Assembly: GCA_963772655.1 (NCBI GenBank)
Contig: CAVYYE010000003.1
Coordinates: forward strand, 2,673,341-2,737,340
DNA from: an uncultured delta proteobacterium
Lineage (GTDB): Bacteria; Myxococcota_A; Polyangia; Haliangiales; Haliangiaceae
Length of the DNA: 64,000 bases
Direction of reading: 5' to 3'
Part shown: positions 55,782 to 64,000 of the stretch, piece after piece
Position numbering within the stretch: position 1 is the stretch's first letter
How the letters are laid out: the number at the start of each line of letters is the position of its first letter
The notes under the pieces: model-generated
Told to the model about the DNA's origin: nothing
What the model saw: only the letters and a program-made list of their open reading frames with translations
Database searches by the model: none
Translations under genes and position numbers: made by a program

Positions 55782-56378
55782 ATGTCCACCGAGCTCGTTC
55801 GCGAAGTCGCAGGTGTGTCGCTCGTCAACCAGAGCCACTACGTCATCAAGCGGAAGTTCTGGTCGTTCTTCGAGCGGATCTTCCGCGTGTGGACCCGCGA
55901 CGGTCAGCTCATCATGTACATCAAGCACCCGCTCCTGAAGCTGCGCGAGGAGTTCATGGTGTACGCGGACGAGGCCCAGACCCGACCGCTGCTGCGCGTG
56001 AAGTCGCAGCAGATGATCGCGATCAACTTCTCGTACGAGATCACGGATGCCAACACCGGTCAGGTGTTCGGTTCCGTGCAGAAGAAGGGACTCAGGTCGA
56101 TCATCCGCGACAAGTTCATCCTGCTCGACGACACCGGCCAGGAGATCGGGTACGCCGAGGAACAGGGCGCGTCGATCATGCGGCGGTTTTTTCCATGGCT
56201 GACCTCGAAGCACGCGATCTTCGTCGACGGTGGACAGGTCGCGTTCATCAAGCAGAAGTTCCGGTTCTTCACCAAGGAGTTCGAGGTCGATCTCCAGCCG
56301 TCGCGGCTCGATCCCAAGTTCGTGCTCGCAGTGGCGCTGCTCGCGCTGATCGCCGAAGCACGGCGCGAGGACTCCTAG
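55782..56378 (+). CDS. tubby-C-terminal-like fold protein (LURP-one-related/DUF567 or scramblase-like)
   Basis: The protein is 198 aa with a Lys-rich, beta-rich composition. The pattern YVIKRKFWSF...F.V.D..GQ.I.Y... and the C-terminal hydrophobic helix resemble the LOR family. The assignment is from memory. Confidence 0.5.
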   Translation: MSTELVREVAGVSLVNQSHYVIKRKFWSFFERIFRVWTRDGQLIMYIKHPLLKLREEFMVYADEAQTRPLLRVKSQQMIAINFSYEITDANTGQVFGSVQKKGLRSIIRDKFILLDDTGQEIGYAEEQGASIMRRFFPWLTSKHAIFVDGGQVAFIKQKFRFFTKEFEVDLQPSRLDPKFVLAVALLALIAEARREDS

Positions 56379-56385
56379 TCCCACC

Positions 56386-56865
56386 ATGCCCGAGCCCGAT
56401 CATCGCGTGTTCGTGTACGCGTCGCTGCTCTCGCAACGCGAGATGGACAAGCAGTGCCGCACCGCGCGATTCCTCGACATCGCGCAGCTCGCGGATCGCA
56501 GGCTGGCGTTCACCAAGCCGTCGACGCGGTGGGGCGGCCATTCGGCCGATGTCGTGGTCGCCCCGGGACACCACGTGTGGGGCGCGCTGTACGCGATGGA
56601 CGAATCGGATGTCGAGGCACTCGATCTCCGCGAAGGCGTGCCGCGGTTCTACCGGCGAACCGCCGTCGACGTGATCACGTCGGTGGGCGAGCGCCACGCG
56701 AGCGTGTGGGTGTTCGAGGCACAGGACCACGTCCGCATCGCCGAGGCGGCGCCGAGCGAGACCTACTGGTCGACGATCGTGATGGGAGCCCGCGAGCGCG
56801 CCTTGCCCGCGACCTACATCGACGCACTCGAGGCGCGGATCCGCACGCTGCCGGTCGTGAAATAG
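56386..56865 (+). CDS. gamma-glutamylcyclotransferase (AIG2/GGACT-like) family
   Basis: The N-terminal VFVYASLL block (a YGSL-type motif) and the catalytic Glu region are present. The protein is 159 aa. Confidence 0.7.
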   Translation: MPEPDHRVFVYASLLSQREMDKQCRTARFLDIAQLADRRLAFTKPSTRWGGHSADVVVAPGHHVWGALYAMDESDVEALDLREGVPRFYRRTAVDVITSVGERHASVWVFEAQDHVRIAEAAPSETYWSTIVMGARERALPATYIDALEARIRTLPVVK

Positions 56866-57044
56866 GTTCCGAGAGGTTCCGCGCTCCCGACGTGTGGGAG
56901 TTGACGACGATCGAGTCGGCGAATCCTACGGCCAGATGTGGAGTACGATCGGTCAAACGCCTGGATTCGCGGCCCTGTTCGGGTGGCCCTGGCGTTGCAG
57001 CTCGAGCACGGAACGAGTTGGTTCCCCGAGGGAGAGGAGACGAC

Positions 57045-57950
57045 GTGCATCTCGATCTACGACAGCTGGTCGTTTCGCTGGTGGCCGCATGCGGCCTCGC
57101 AGCGTGCAACCAGACGCACGATGGACAGCAACCGATCGGAGGGTCGGTGGATAGCGAGGCCGCGATCCAGCGCTACCTCCGCCACGCCTATCTCGATCTC
57201 ACCGGCAAGCCACCGACCGACGACGAGCTGTCGGCGGCGACCCTGCGGCTGCAGGACGCCGACAACACGCCGACCGCGCGGGCCGAGCTGGCCGACGACC
57301 TGATCGCGAAGCCCGAGTTCGCGACCTCGTGGGTCGAGGAGCTCGAGAACGGGATCTTCGGCGGCAACGATCTCGAGGCGCAGTACACGCAGGTGTGCGG
57401 CCTGGTCCGCGCCACCACGCAGGCGTGCATGACATGCACGGACGCCGACCCGTGTGCATGCACGTGCTCCGCGATGACCCAGTTCGCGACCGAGCGCGCC
57501 CAGCTCAGGTTGTCGCCGACCGACTTCTCCGACGGAATCGCGAGCAGCGTGATCGAGCGCCGTTACGCCTCGGCGAACGGCTACTTCTTCCTGCTCGGCG
57601 CGCCCGAGACCCGGATCAACGCGCTATTCGATGACTTCCTCGGGCGGCCCGCCGAACCCGACGAGGTCGAGAACGGTCGTTCGATGATCTTCGGCGCGAT
57701 CATTCCCGGCTCGCCTGCGGGGCTGATGTTCCACAAGCACGGCGCGAACTACACCGACCTGATCGACATCATCTTCACCAGCGAGGTCTATCGCGAGTCG
57801 ATCGTGCGCCGCGTGTTCGACCGCTACCTCGCGCGCGACCCCGATCCGGTCGAGCTCGAGCACTTCACGCCCACCCTCGATGCGAACGAACCCGACCTGC
57901 GCAGCGTGGTCCGCGCGGTGGTGTCGTCGCGGGAGTACTTCGAACAATGA
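57045..57950 (+). CDS. lipoprotein with DUF1549-type motif pairs (R.YLDL.G.PPT.EE), DUF1549/DUF1553-like
   Basis: A GGAGAGGAG RBS precedes the GTG start. The lipobox is MHLDLRQLVVSLVAACGLAAC. The family motif occurs twice (YLDLTGKPPTDDEL and FDDFLGRPAEPDEV). The C-terminus is VVSSREYFEQ. Confidence 0.55.
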   Translation: MHLDLRQLVVSLVAACGLAACNQTHDGQQPIGGSVDSEAAIQRYLRHAYLDLTGKPPTDDELSAATLRLQDADNTPTARAELADDLIAKPEFATSWVEELENGIFGGNDLEAQYTQVCGLVRATTQACMTCTDADPCACTCSAMTQFATERAQLRLSPTDFSDGIASSVIERRYASANGYFFLLGAPETRINALFDDFLGRPAEPDEVENGRSMIFGAIIPGSPAGLMFHKHGANYTDLIDIIFTSEVYRESIVRRVFDRYLARDPDPVELEHFTPTLDANEPDLRSVVRAVVSSREYFEQ

Positions 57951-58483
57951 GAGCTCTGGTCCTGCGCCTCCCGGCGCTGATCCTGTGCGCCGTGTTCGCG
58001 CTATCGACGGCGTGCACGGACACCTACGACTACGATCCGGCCACGGCCGGCGCTCCCGAGGGCGACCGCGCACCGCGCTACAAGTCGAACAGCCAGTTCA
58101 TCCGCTCGCTGTACGCGGACCTCTTGGGGCGCGCGCCCGAGGCGCACGACGTCACGATCGCGGTGGACGGCGTCGACCAGTTCACGCTCCCGGTCGACGA
58201 GGAGGCGCAGCTGGTCGGAACGCTCGACGGCATCGGCGATTCGCTGCCGATGCGCAACCTGATCGCCAACGGCCTGGTTCACGGCGACGAAGTGTCGCTT
58301 CCCGCCAAGGACGAGGTCGACGCCAAGACGTTCATCACCGACCAATTCCGCACGCTGCTCGGGCGCGACCCCAATCCGTACGAGCTGCAGGTGTTCGCCA
58401 ACGAATGGGCGAGCGACGACGCGGTCGGTCCCACCACCATCATCCGCGCGATCGTCGGGTCGCGCGAATACCAGAGCCAGTAG
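57947..58483 (+). CDS. lipoprotein, shorter paralog of the upstream DUF1549-like gene; start overlaps upstream stop (ATGA)
   Basis: The lipobox is MRALVLRLPALILCAVFALSTAC. The motifs LYADLLGRAPEAHDV and TLLGRDPNPYEL are present. The C-terminus is IVGSREYQSQ. Confidence 0.55.
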   Translation: MRALVLRLPALILCAVFALSTACTDTYDYDPATAGAPEGDRAPRYKSNSQFIRSLYADLLGRAPEAHDVTIAVDGVDQFTLPVDEEAQLVGTLDGIGDSLPMRNLIANGLVHGDEVSLPAKDEVDAKTFITDQFRTLLGRDPNPYELQVFANEWASDDAVGPTTIIRAIVGSREYQSQ

Positions 58484-58495
58484 GAGGAATTCGCC

Positions 58496-59953
58496 ATGGC
58501 ACTGTCACGACGCAACTTCCTCCGCGGCGCGTTCGCCGGTATCGGCGCCGCCGCCGCAAGCTCCGCGCTGTCTCCGCTGATCAAGGTCAAGAACGCGCGC
58601 GCGGGAACCACCGGTAACCGGGTGATCGTCGTCGGTATCGGCGGCGGCCTGCGGCTGCGCGAGTCGCTCGGCATGGCCGAGGGCGCGACGATGCCGAACC
58701 TGTTCGGCAACACGCCACTGGTCACCGGGTTCGGCGTGTCGGGGTCGCAGGGCGCTCCCAAGATCGCCCCCGAGTACGCGTCGACCGCGCGACCGCTCGC
58801 GCTTCCCACACCGCGTGCGACGCCGCTCCACACGCAGGGAACGCTGATCACCAACCTCCGCTACGCGGATGGTCCTCCCGGACACCTCCAGGGTCACGGC
58901 TGCTTGCTATCGGGCTTCTACAACAAGCTCGAGAACCGCGCCGACGCCCACCTACCGGTGCCGACGATCTTCGAGCTCCACCGCCGCGAGACCAACATGC
59001 CGGCGTCGGATGCCTGGTACGTCTCGCAGGTCGGCGGCTTCTATCGCGCGCTGATCACGAGTGACAACCCGCTGTACGGCAGCCGCTATGCGGGCGTGTA
59101 CCTACAGCCTCCCGGCGTGATGCAGCAGGTCGTCCCGATCATCACCAGCGGCAAGCGCCACATCGACGTCAGCTCCGCGAACCTCCAGTTGCCGACGATC
59201 CCGTCGAGCCCGGCCGAGGACGCCGCGGTCAACCGACTCACCGACGTGCTCGACGGCAACACCGCGGGCTACCAGCCCGACCCCGGCAACGTCCACCTGT
59301 CGCCGGTCGACAACGCCGCGATCCAGGCGCACCTCGCCGAGATCTACTCCGACCCGACCTACCAGACGTTCTTCAACGACAGCTTCGGCATCGGGTTCCG
59401 CAACGGCGACGGCAGCATCGCCGGCACCCCGGACGCGCTGACGGTGTTCCATGCCGAGCGCGTCCTCGATCGGTTCCGGCCGTCGGTCATGGGCATCACG
59501 CTGCTCGACGTCGACGTCTGCCACTCCGACTTCAACGGCTATCTGCGGATGCAGCAGGTCGTCGACGCGTGCGTCAACCACCTGTGGGATTTCATCCAGT
59601 CGGTGCCCGAGCTCCGCGACACCACCACGATGGTCGTGCTCCCCGAGCACGGACGGCACCTGTTCTTCAACGGCAACAACCCCGACACGCTCGGCCGCTC
59701 CGGCATCGACCACGGTCAGGGCGACGACGGTGACCGCGACGTGTGGATGCTGGCGCTCGGCCCCGACATCAAGCCGAACCAGGTGATCGCGCCGACCGGG
59801 ATCACGCAGACCGGTCGCAGCACCGATCGCTACGAGACGATCGACGCCGTGATGACCGCGATGAACGTGCTCGGTCACGACCAGGCGATGACCACCGAGC
59901 TCACCGATTACGGTGCGCGTCCCGGTCTCGTGATCGGGGAGGTGCTGGCATGA
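58496..59953 (+). CDS. DUF1501 family protein (sulfatase-like alkaline-phosphatase fold), Tat signal
   Basis: The twin-arginine signal is MALSRRNFLRGAFAGIGAAAASSA. Metal-site-like Asp/His blocks are present (LLDVDVCHSDFNGY, LPEHGRH, DHGQGDDGDRDVWM). Confidence 0.8.
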   Translation: MALSRRNFLRGAFAGIGAAAASSALSPLIKVKNARAGTTGNRVIVVGIGGGLRLRESLGMAEGATMPNLFGNTPLVTGFGVSGSQGAPKIAPEYASTARPLALPTPRATPLHTQGTLITNLRYADGPPGHLQGHGCLLSGFYNKLENRADAHLPVPTIFELHRRETNMPASDAWYVSQVGGFYRALITSDNPLYGSRYAGVYLQPPGVMQQVVPIITSGKRHIDVSSANLQLPTIPSSPAEDAAVNRLTDVLDGNTAGYQPDPGNVHLSPVDNAAIQAHLAEIYSDPTYQTFFNDSFGIGFRNGDGSIAGTPDALTVFHAERVLDRFRPSVMGITLLDVDVCHSDFNGYLRMQQVVDACVNHLWDFIQSVPELRDTTTMVVLPEHGRHLFFNGNNPDTLGRSGIDHGQGDDGDRDVWMLALGPDIKPNQVIAPTGITQTGRSTDRYETIDAVMTAMNVLGHDQAMTTELTDYGARPGLVIGEVLA

Positions 59954-60051
59954 AGACCTCGCGAGCGACCCTGCCGAGTATTCTCGCCAAGGCTTCGAGT
60001 TCGCACGAGTGCTCCACCGAGGTGGGGTCGCGGAAGCGAAGTCGAGCAACA

Positions 60052-60978
60052 ATGACTCTCCTGCTCGGCGCGGTGCTCGGGCTGGCGCTCGTGGCCTGCG
60101 GCTCCGATGGTTCTACCGACGGCCCGCCCGACGCGACGGTCGATCCCGATCCGCTCGACATCACGAGCAACGCCGCGCCCGGTTCGCTCGACGATCTCCA
60201 CGAGCGCATCATCGCGAAGCGCTGCTCGGGACAACCCGGGCTGTGCCACAACGGCCAGTTCGAGCCCAACCTGTCGACCCCGGCGCTGACCTACGCGTAC
60301 ATCGTCAACCGGCCCGGGATCGAGAAGACCGATCGCCTGCGCGTCAAGCCCGGCGACTCGGCGCACAGCCTGTTGATCGACAAGATCCGCAACCGCAACG
60401 GCGTGGCCACCCAGATGCCGCTCGGCGCCGAGCCGCTCGACGAGGCCGACATCGAGGAGATCGAGGACTGGATCGATGCCGGTGCGTTGCGCGAGCCCGG
60501 GGCCGACCCGGCTCCGGATCTCAACAATCCACCCAAGCGACCCGAGATCGCCGTGTTCGACAACGCGGGCAACCGGCTCGATGGCACCGGGCCGGTGGTC
60601 GCGAGCCCCGGAGACACGCTGGTACTGCGACACAGCGTGCAGGACTTCGAAACTCCCGACGACCAGATCCCGTTCGCCGCGGTCGTGCTCCAGCTCGGAG
60701 ACGGCCAGCAGGTCGTGCTGTCGCCGGGCGAGAACGATCCGGGCCTCGGACCGACGACGTTCGATGTCGCCGGTCCGCAGGGCAAGGGCGACGTGCTCGA
60801 CTTCGAGCGCTCGTGGACGATCCCGACCACGCTCGACGTCGTCGACCCCAACACCAAGATCGTGACCCAGCGAGCCGCCTCGGGACAGTCAGCGACGGTG
60901 CTGGCGCTCTACATCGACGGCGATACCGTACCGATCGTCGCCTTCGACTTCTCCACCGCACCCATCCAGATCCAATGA
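60052..60978 (+). CDS. lipoprotein with PSCyt-like Cys/His segment (RCSGQPGLCHNGQFEPNL)
   Basis: The lipobox is MTLLLGAVLGLALVAC. The body is Asp/Pro-rich. An alternative ATG at 59950 overlaps the DUF1501 stop (ATGA) but would put 34 aa in front of the signal peptide. Confidence 0.5.
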   Translation: MTLLLGAVLGLALVACGSDGSTDGPPDATVDPDPLDITSNAAPGSLDDLHERIIAKRCSGQPGLCHNGQFEPNLSTPALTYAYIVNRPGIEKTDRLRVKPGDSAHSLLIDKIRNRNGVATQMPLGAEPLDEADIEEIEDWIDAGALREPGADPAPDLNNPPKRPEIAVFDNAGNRLDGTGPVVASPGDTLVLRHSVQDFETPDDQIPFAAVVLQLGDGQQVVLSPGENDPGLGPTTFDVAGPQGKGDVLDFERSWTIPTTLDVVDPNTKIVTQRAASGQSATVLALYIDGDTVPIVAFDFSTAPIQIQ

Positions 60979-60986
60979 GGAGCACC

Positions 60987-61448
60987 ATGAAGAACTTCGG
61001 TTTGTTATTGGTCGCGGTTCTGGCGGCCGGGTGTAGCGACGCCGGAACCACGCCCGAGGTCGTCGTGACGAACGCGACGCCCGACACGCTCGCACCCTCC
61101 GACGACATGCGCGACGACCTCACGATCACCGTCGACTACGACGATGGCGATGGTGACCTCGGTGGTGGGGTGGCCGAGGTTCACGACTGTCGCGCCGACG
61201 GTCTCGTCACCGCGCTCCCGATCCCCGAGATCGCGCCGGAAGGCGTGATCGGCAAGCACATCACCGGCTCGCTCGAGCTCCACGTCAACGACGTCGGCGC
61301 GCTGGCGCCCGAGGCCCTGCCGCCGTTGTGCGCCGACCTCGGCGTCGACGCACTCGGCGACACCCAGACCGTGTTCTGCGTGGTGCTCGTCGATGCCGCC
61401 GGCAACAGCGGCACCGGCGACTGTACGGACCCGATCACGCTCGAGTAA
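60987..61448 (+). CDS. small lipoprotein, Asp-rich
   Basis: An AGGAG RBS lies 4-5 nt upstream of the ATG. The lipobox is MKNFGLLLVAVLAAGC. The protein is 153 aa. Confidence 0.5.
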   Translation: MKNFGLLLVAVLAAGCSDAGTTPEVVVTNATPDTLAPSDDMRDDLTITVDYDDGDGDLGGGVAEVHDCRADGLVTALPIPEIAPEGVIGKHITGSLELHVNDVGALAPEALPPLCADLGVDALGDTQTVFCVVLVDAAGNSGTGDCTDPITLE

Positions 61449-61513
61449 CCACGGGTTGGCGCCGCCGAGCGGGGTCGACTTGCAGGTCGACCCGGCCGGT
61501 CCATCCTTAGCGA

Positions 61514-62260
61514 GTGAGGGCCGCCGAGGTCGACGACGAGTTCGCCGGGGAGCTGCGATCGCTGCGCGTCCCGCGGCCGACGCCGGCGTGGGTACGCCGG
61601 CTGATCGCGGCGTTCGGAAACGGCGTGATCGCCGGGCTCGTACCGTCGGCGATCGTGCTCGGCATCTACTACCTCGCGAATCACGAGGCCTCGCTACCGT
61701 GGATCAAGATCGCCTCGATCCTCGCGATCTACGGTCCCGGCGTCGGCGTGTCGCTGGCCGTGCTCGTCGAGGCGTTCACGCTGATCGCCGATCGCGTCGC
61801 GCGAGCGGGCCACGGCCTACCCGTGATCGCCAACCCGCTCTCGGCGGGGATGCTCGCCGGCGTGGTGGCTGGCATCGCACCCGGCGCGATCGGGGTCGTG
61901 GTGTTCGGCTCGTATCACGGCCCGTTCGTCGGCACCGGGCTGATCGCGTTCGGGCTGATCTCCGGATCGGTGATGGTGGCGGTACCGCTCGCGGCCCGCG
62001 CGCGTCGGGCCCGCGGTCACACGCGCGCGCGTGGAATCATCGCGATCGCGACGCTGTCGGCCACGTTGTTCTTCATCGCGGTGTCCGTGGTGATCGCGCC
62101 GGTGATCGTCGGCAGCGCGTTCGCCGAGGCGCGATTCTCGGTCGCCGACCACGGCTGGGCGGTGGGTGCGGTCGCCGGAGCGATCGGCGGAGGTGTCGCC
62201 GGGACATTCGTCGGGATCGTGATCGCGATCGGTCGCTCGCTGGGCGTGCGGCGAGCCTAG
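61514..62260 (+). CDS. integral membrane protein (6-7 TM), hypothetical
   Basis: Long hydrophobic Gly/Ala/Val/Ile-rich helices are present. The protein is 248 aa. Confidence 0.55.
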   Translation: MRAAEVDDEFAGELRSLRVPRPTPAWVRRLIAAFGNGVIAGLVPSAIVLGIYYLANHEASLPWIKIASILAIYGPGVGVSLAVLVEAFTLIADRVARAGHGLPVIANPLSAGMLAGVVAGIAPGAIGVVVFGSYHGPFVGTGLIAFGLISGSVMVAVPLAARARRARGHTRARGIIAIATLSATLFFIAVSVVIAPVIVGSAFAEARFSVADHGWAVGAVAGAIGGGVAGTFVGIVIAIGRSLGVRRA

Positions 62261-62263
62261 CAA

Positions 62264-62560
62264 CTACTCCAGCGTCAGGTCGCACTGCAGACAATCGCCG
62301 GCCGAGACGTCGACCGTCATCGCCGTGTACGGCGCGCCTGGTGGCGGCGCCTGCGACGGAGCCTCCGTGGTTCCGTTCGACAGCCATGCCGAAAGCAGGA
62401 ACGTCGTCGCGTCGGTCTCGCCAGCGTCGGCTCCGACCAGGAAGTGCTGCGGAAACTGGGCCGGGAACACGGCGATGCGATGCTGATCGTCGCCGATCGC
62501 ATCCCAATGCACCTCGATCGCGGTGAAGCCATCGGTGCTCGCGGTCGGCGCGAGCGTCAA
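62264..62560 (-). CDS. possible small hypothetical protein (TTG start with GAGGG RBS); only the C-terminal third of the 237-aa ORF looks coding
   Basis: The composition in 62264-62560 is protein-like. Upstream, the ORF is Arg-rich and overlaps the well-supported CULT-domain gene on the other strand. Confidence 0.25.
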   Translation of the reverse strand: MTLAPTASTDGFTAIEVHWDAIGDDQHRIAVFPAQFPQHFLVGADAGETDATTFLLSAWLSNGTTEAPSQAPPPGAPYTAMTVDVSAGDCLQCDLTLE

Positions 62561-62623
62561 CGTGCCCTCGGCAGCGGAAAGATGTCCATGACGACGATGG
62601 TCGCCATCGCAGCGGCGATCCCG

Positions 62624-63004
62624 ATGCGCATGCCCGGATGGTACACCTGTGACGCCGTGGCCAAGGAACAGTCGTCCGCGCAGGCGGGCACCGGGAGCGG
62701 TGACGACGACGCGCTCCGGTGCGCGGCGTGCGGGCACCGCATCACCGATCGGGCGTATCGGGTGGAGCGCGGCGGTGCGCACGAGCACACGTTCGTCAAC
62801 CCGGGCGGGTTCGTGCACCACATCGCGTGCTACGCGGCCGCGCCCGGATGCGTCCAGATCGGGAAGACGGAGACCGCGTTCTCGTGGTTCCCCGGCTGGA
62901 GCTGGCAGATCGTCGAGTGCGGCTACTGCCGCCGTCACCTCGGCTGGATCTTCCGCTGCGAACACGACCAGTTTCACGGGCTCGTGGTGTCGGCGTTGCG
63001 GTAG
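62624..63004 (+). CDS. CULT-domain (cereblon/Yippee-like zinc-ribbon) protein, bacterial stand-alone form
   Basis: The two CxxC pairs are LRCAACGHRI and ECGYCRRHLGW. The Trp cage is AFSWFPGWSW. HEHTFVNPGGFVH matches the bacterial cereblon isoform (MsCI4) pattern FRCRQCG…HEHVVFNPAG…FSWFKGYDW…CGQCGSHLGW. The start is uncertain (62582-62630). Confidence 0.7.
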   Translation: MRMPGWYTCDAVAKEQSSAQAGTGSGDDDALRCAACGHRITDRAYRVERGGAHEHTFVNPGGFVHHIACYAAAPGCVQIGKTETAFSWFPGWSWQIVECGYCRRHLGWIFRCEHDQFHGLVVSALR

Positions 63005-63015
63005 CTTCGCTAGCG

Positions 63016-64000
63016 ATGGGAGCGCGCGACAAGGGCAACGACATCGACATGGTCGCGATCGCGCGGCGCGTACTCGAGGACAACGGATTCGAGCCGGACA
63101 TGCCGGCGGGGTTGGCGGACAGTGTCCCGGAGGACCCGGATGTCGACATCGAGAGCCTGATCAACCTACCGTGGTCGTCGATCGACAACGCGGAGTCGCG
63201 CGACCTCGATCAGATCGAGCACGCGGAGCGGCTCGAGGACGGCACCTACCGGGTGCGCATCGGGATCGCCGACGTCGATGCCTTCGCTCCCAAGGATTCG
63301 CCGGTCGACCTTCACGCCTACGCGAACACCGCGACGCTGTACACCGGCGTGAAGATCTTCCCGATGTGTCCGCGGGTGATGTCCGAGAATCGGACGTCTC
63401 TCCTCGAGGGCGGCGAACGTCTGGCGGTGATCACCGAGATGATCGTCGATGCCGACGGCTCGCTCGACGACACCGAGACCCGGGTCTATCCGGCGCGCGT
63501 GATCAACCACGCCAAGCTGGCCTACGAGCACGCCGGTGCGTGGCTCGACGGCGAGACCGACGCCAAGCCGCGAGACGCGCGGATCGCCGAGCAGCTCTCG
63601 CTCCAGGACGAGATCGCCGCGGCACTGCGTCGCCGCCGCCACGAACGCGGTGCGCTCGACTTCGAGACCATCGAAGCGCGTCCGGTGACCAAGGACGGCA
63701 AGGTCGTCGACCTGCGGGTGGCGCGAAAGAACCGAGCGCGCCAGCTCGTCGAGGATCTGATGATCGCGGCCAACGCTGCGACCGCGAAGTATCTCGAGCA
63801 ACGCGGTACGTCGTCGATCCGCCGGGTCGTGCGCGCACCGAAGCGATGGCCGCGTATCGTCGAGATCGCCGCCGGCTTCGGCCACGCGCTCCCCGACGAG
63901 CCCAGCGCGCTCGCGCTGTCGGAGTTCCTCGCCGAGCGGCGCGCCGCCGATCCGCAGCGGTTCGCCGACCTGTCGCTGTCGGTCGTCAAGCTGATCGGTC
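63016..64000 (+). CDS. RNB-domain exoribonuclease (RNase II/R family), 3' partial (runs off window)
   Basis: RNB motif I is WSSIDNAESRDLDQIEHAERLEDGTYRVRIGIADVDAF, and the block YTGVKIFPMCPRVMSE...GERLAVITEMIVDADG follows. No stop occurs before the window end. The ORF track omits it because it is open-ended. Confidence 0.7.
   Translation, partial: MGARDKGNDIDMVAIARRVLEDNGFEPDMPAGLADSVPEDPDVDIESLINLPWSSIDNAESRDLDQIEHAERLEDGTYRVRIGIADVDAFAPKDSPVDLHAYANTATLYTGVKIFPMCPRVMSENRTSLLEGGERLAVITEMIVDADGSLDDTETRVYPARVINHAKLAYEHAGAWLDGETDAKPRDARIAEQLSLQDEIAAALRRRRHERGALDFETIEARPVTKDGKVVDLRVARKNRARQLVEDLMIAANAATAKYLEQRGTSSIRRVVRAPKRWPRIVEIAAGFGHALPDEPSALALSEFLAERRAADPQRFADLSLSVVKLIG

Noticed and set aside
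59950-60051. Upstream ATG (ATGA-overlapping the DUF1501 stop) as start of the 60052 lipoprotein
   Set aside because: It would put 34 residues in front of a textbook lipoprotein signal peptide. It is kept only as an alternative.
62264-62977. Full-length 237-aa minus ORF
   Set aside because: Its N-terminal two thirds overlap the CULT-domain gene and are Arg-rich. Only the last roughly 100 aa are kept as a low-confidence small CDS.

Overview
This is a high-GC (about 70%) chromosomal segment whose gene content looks myxobacterial (Myxococcota, Sorangiineae/Nannocystineae-like). It contains an Oar-like TonB-dependent outer-membrane protein, tandem eukaryotic-like Ser/Thr kinases (one with a PEGA domain), a DUF1549/DUF1553 + DUF1501 gene pair, and many Tat/lipobox-secreted hydrolases. 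I called about 70 protein-coding genes, on both strands and densely packed. Several pairs are translationally coupled through ATGA stop/start overlaps. I found no rRNA or tRNA, no CRISPR array, and no IS element or transposase. Long Arg/Ala-rich ORFs antisense to real genes are common, as expected at this GC content, and were rejected. The most unusual signal is a family of four dispersed small minus-strand ORFs at 21343-21675, 39786-40028, 42535-42729 and 53721-53948. Each begins with a conserved double-glycine-type leader, roughly [LIV]-x-[ST]-I-D-x-[ST]-x-L-S-x-V-[ST]-G-G. The leaders are followed by unrelated low-complexity cores: one Met/Gly-rich, one amphipathic and Trp-terminated, one Cys/Lys/Pro-rich, and one built from a PTFPNPS tandem repeat. 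No cognate peptidase-ABC exporter is present in the window. Other noteworthy items are listed under findings. They include a TetR-lipase-(TPR + triplicated ~160-aa module) operon. Two genes are broken by single-nucleotide frameshifts, a ferritin-like/VIT1 transporter and an alpha/beta-hydrolase fused to a membrane domain. There is a STAND NTPase with a C-terminal OmpR-type winged helix. CXXCH heme motifs occur in a kinase periplasmic tail and in a lipoprotein, next to an atypical CcmE-like protein. There is a bacterial CULT (cereblon-like) domain protein. Several in-frame coding microsatellites are present, plus a (CGTCGCT)n intergenic microsatellite. Coordinates are computed by hand from the ORF track plus manual start selection and may be off by a few nucleotides at start codons.
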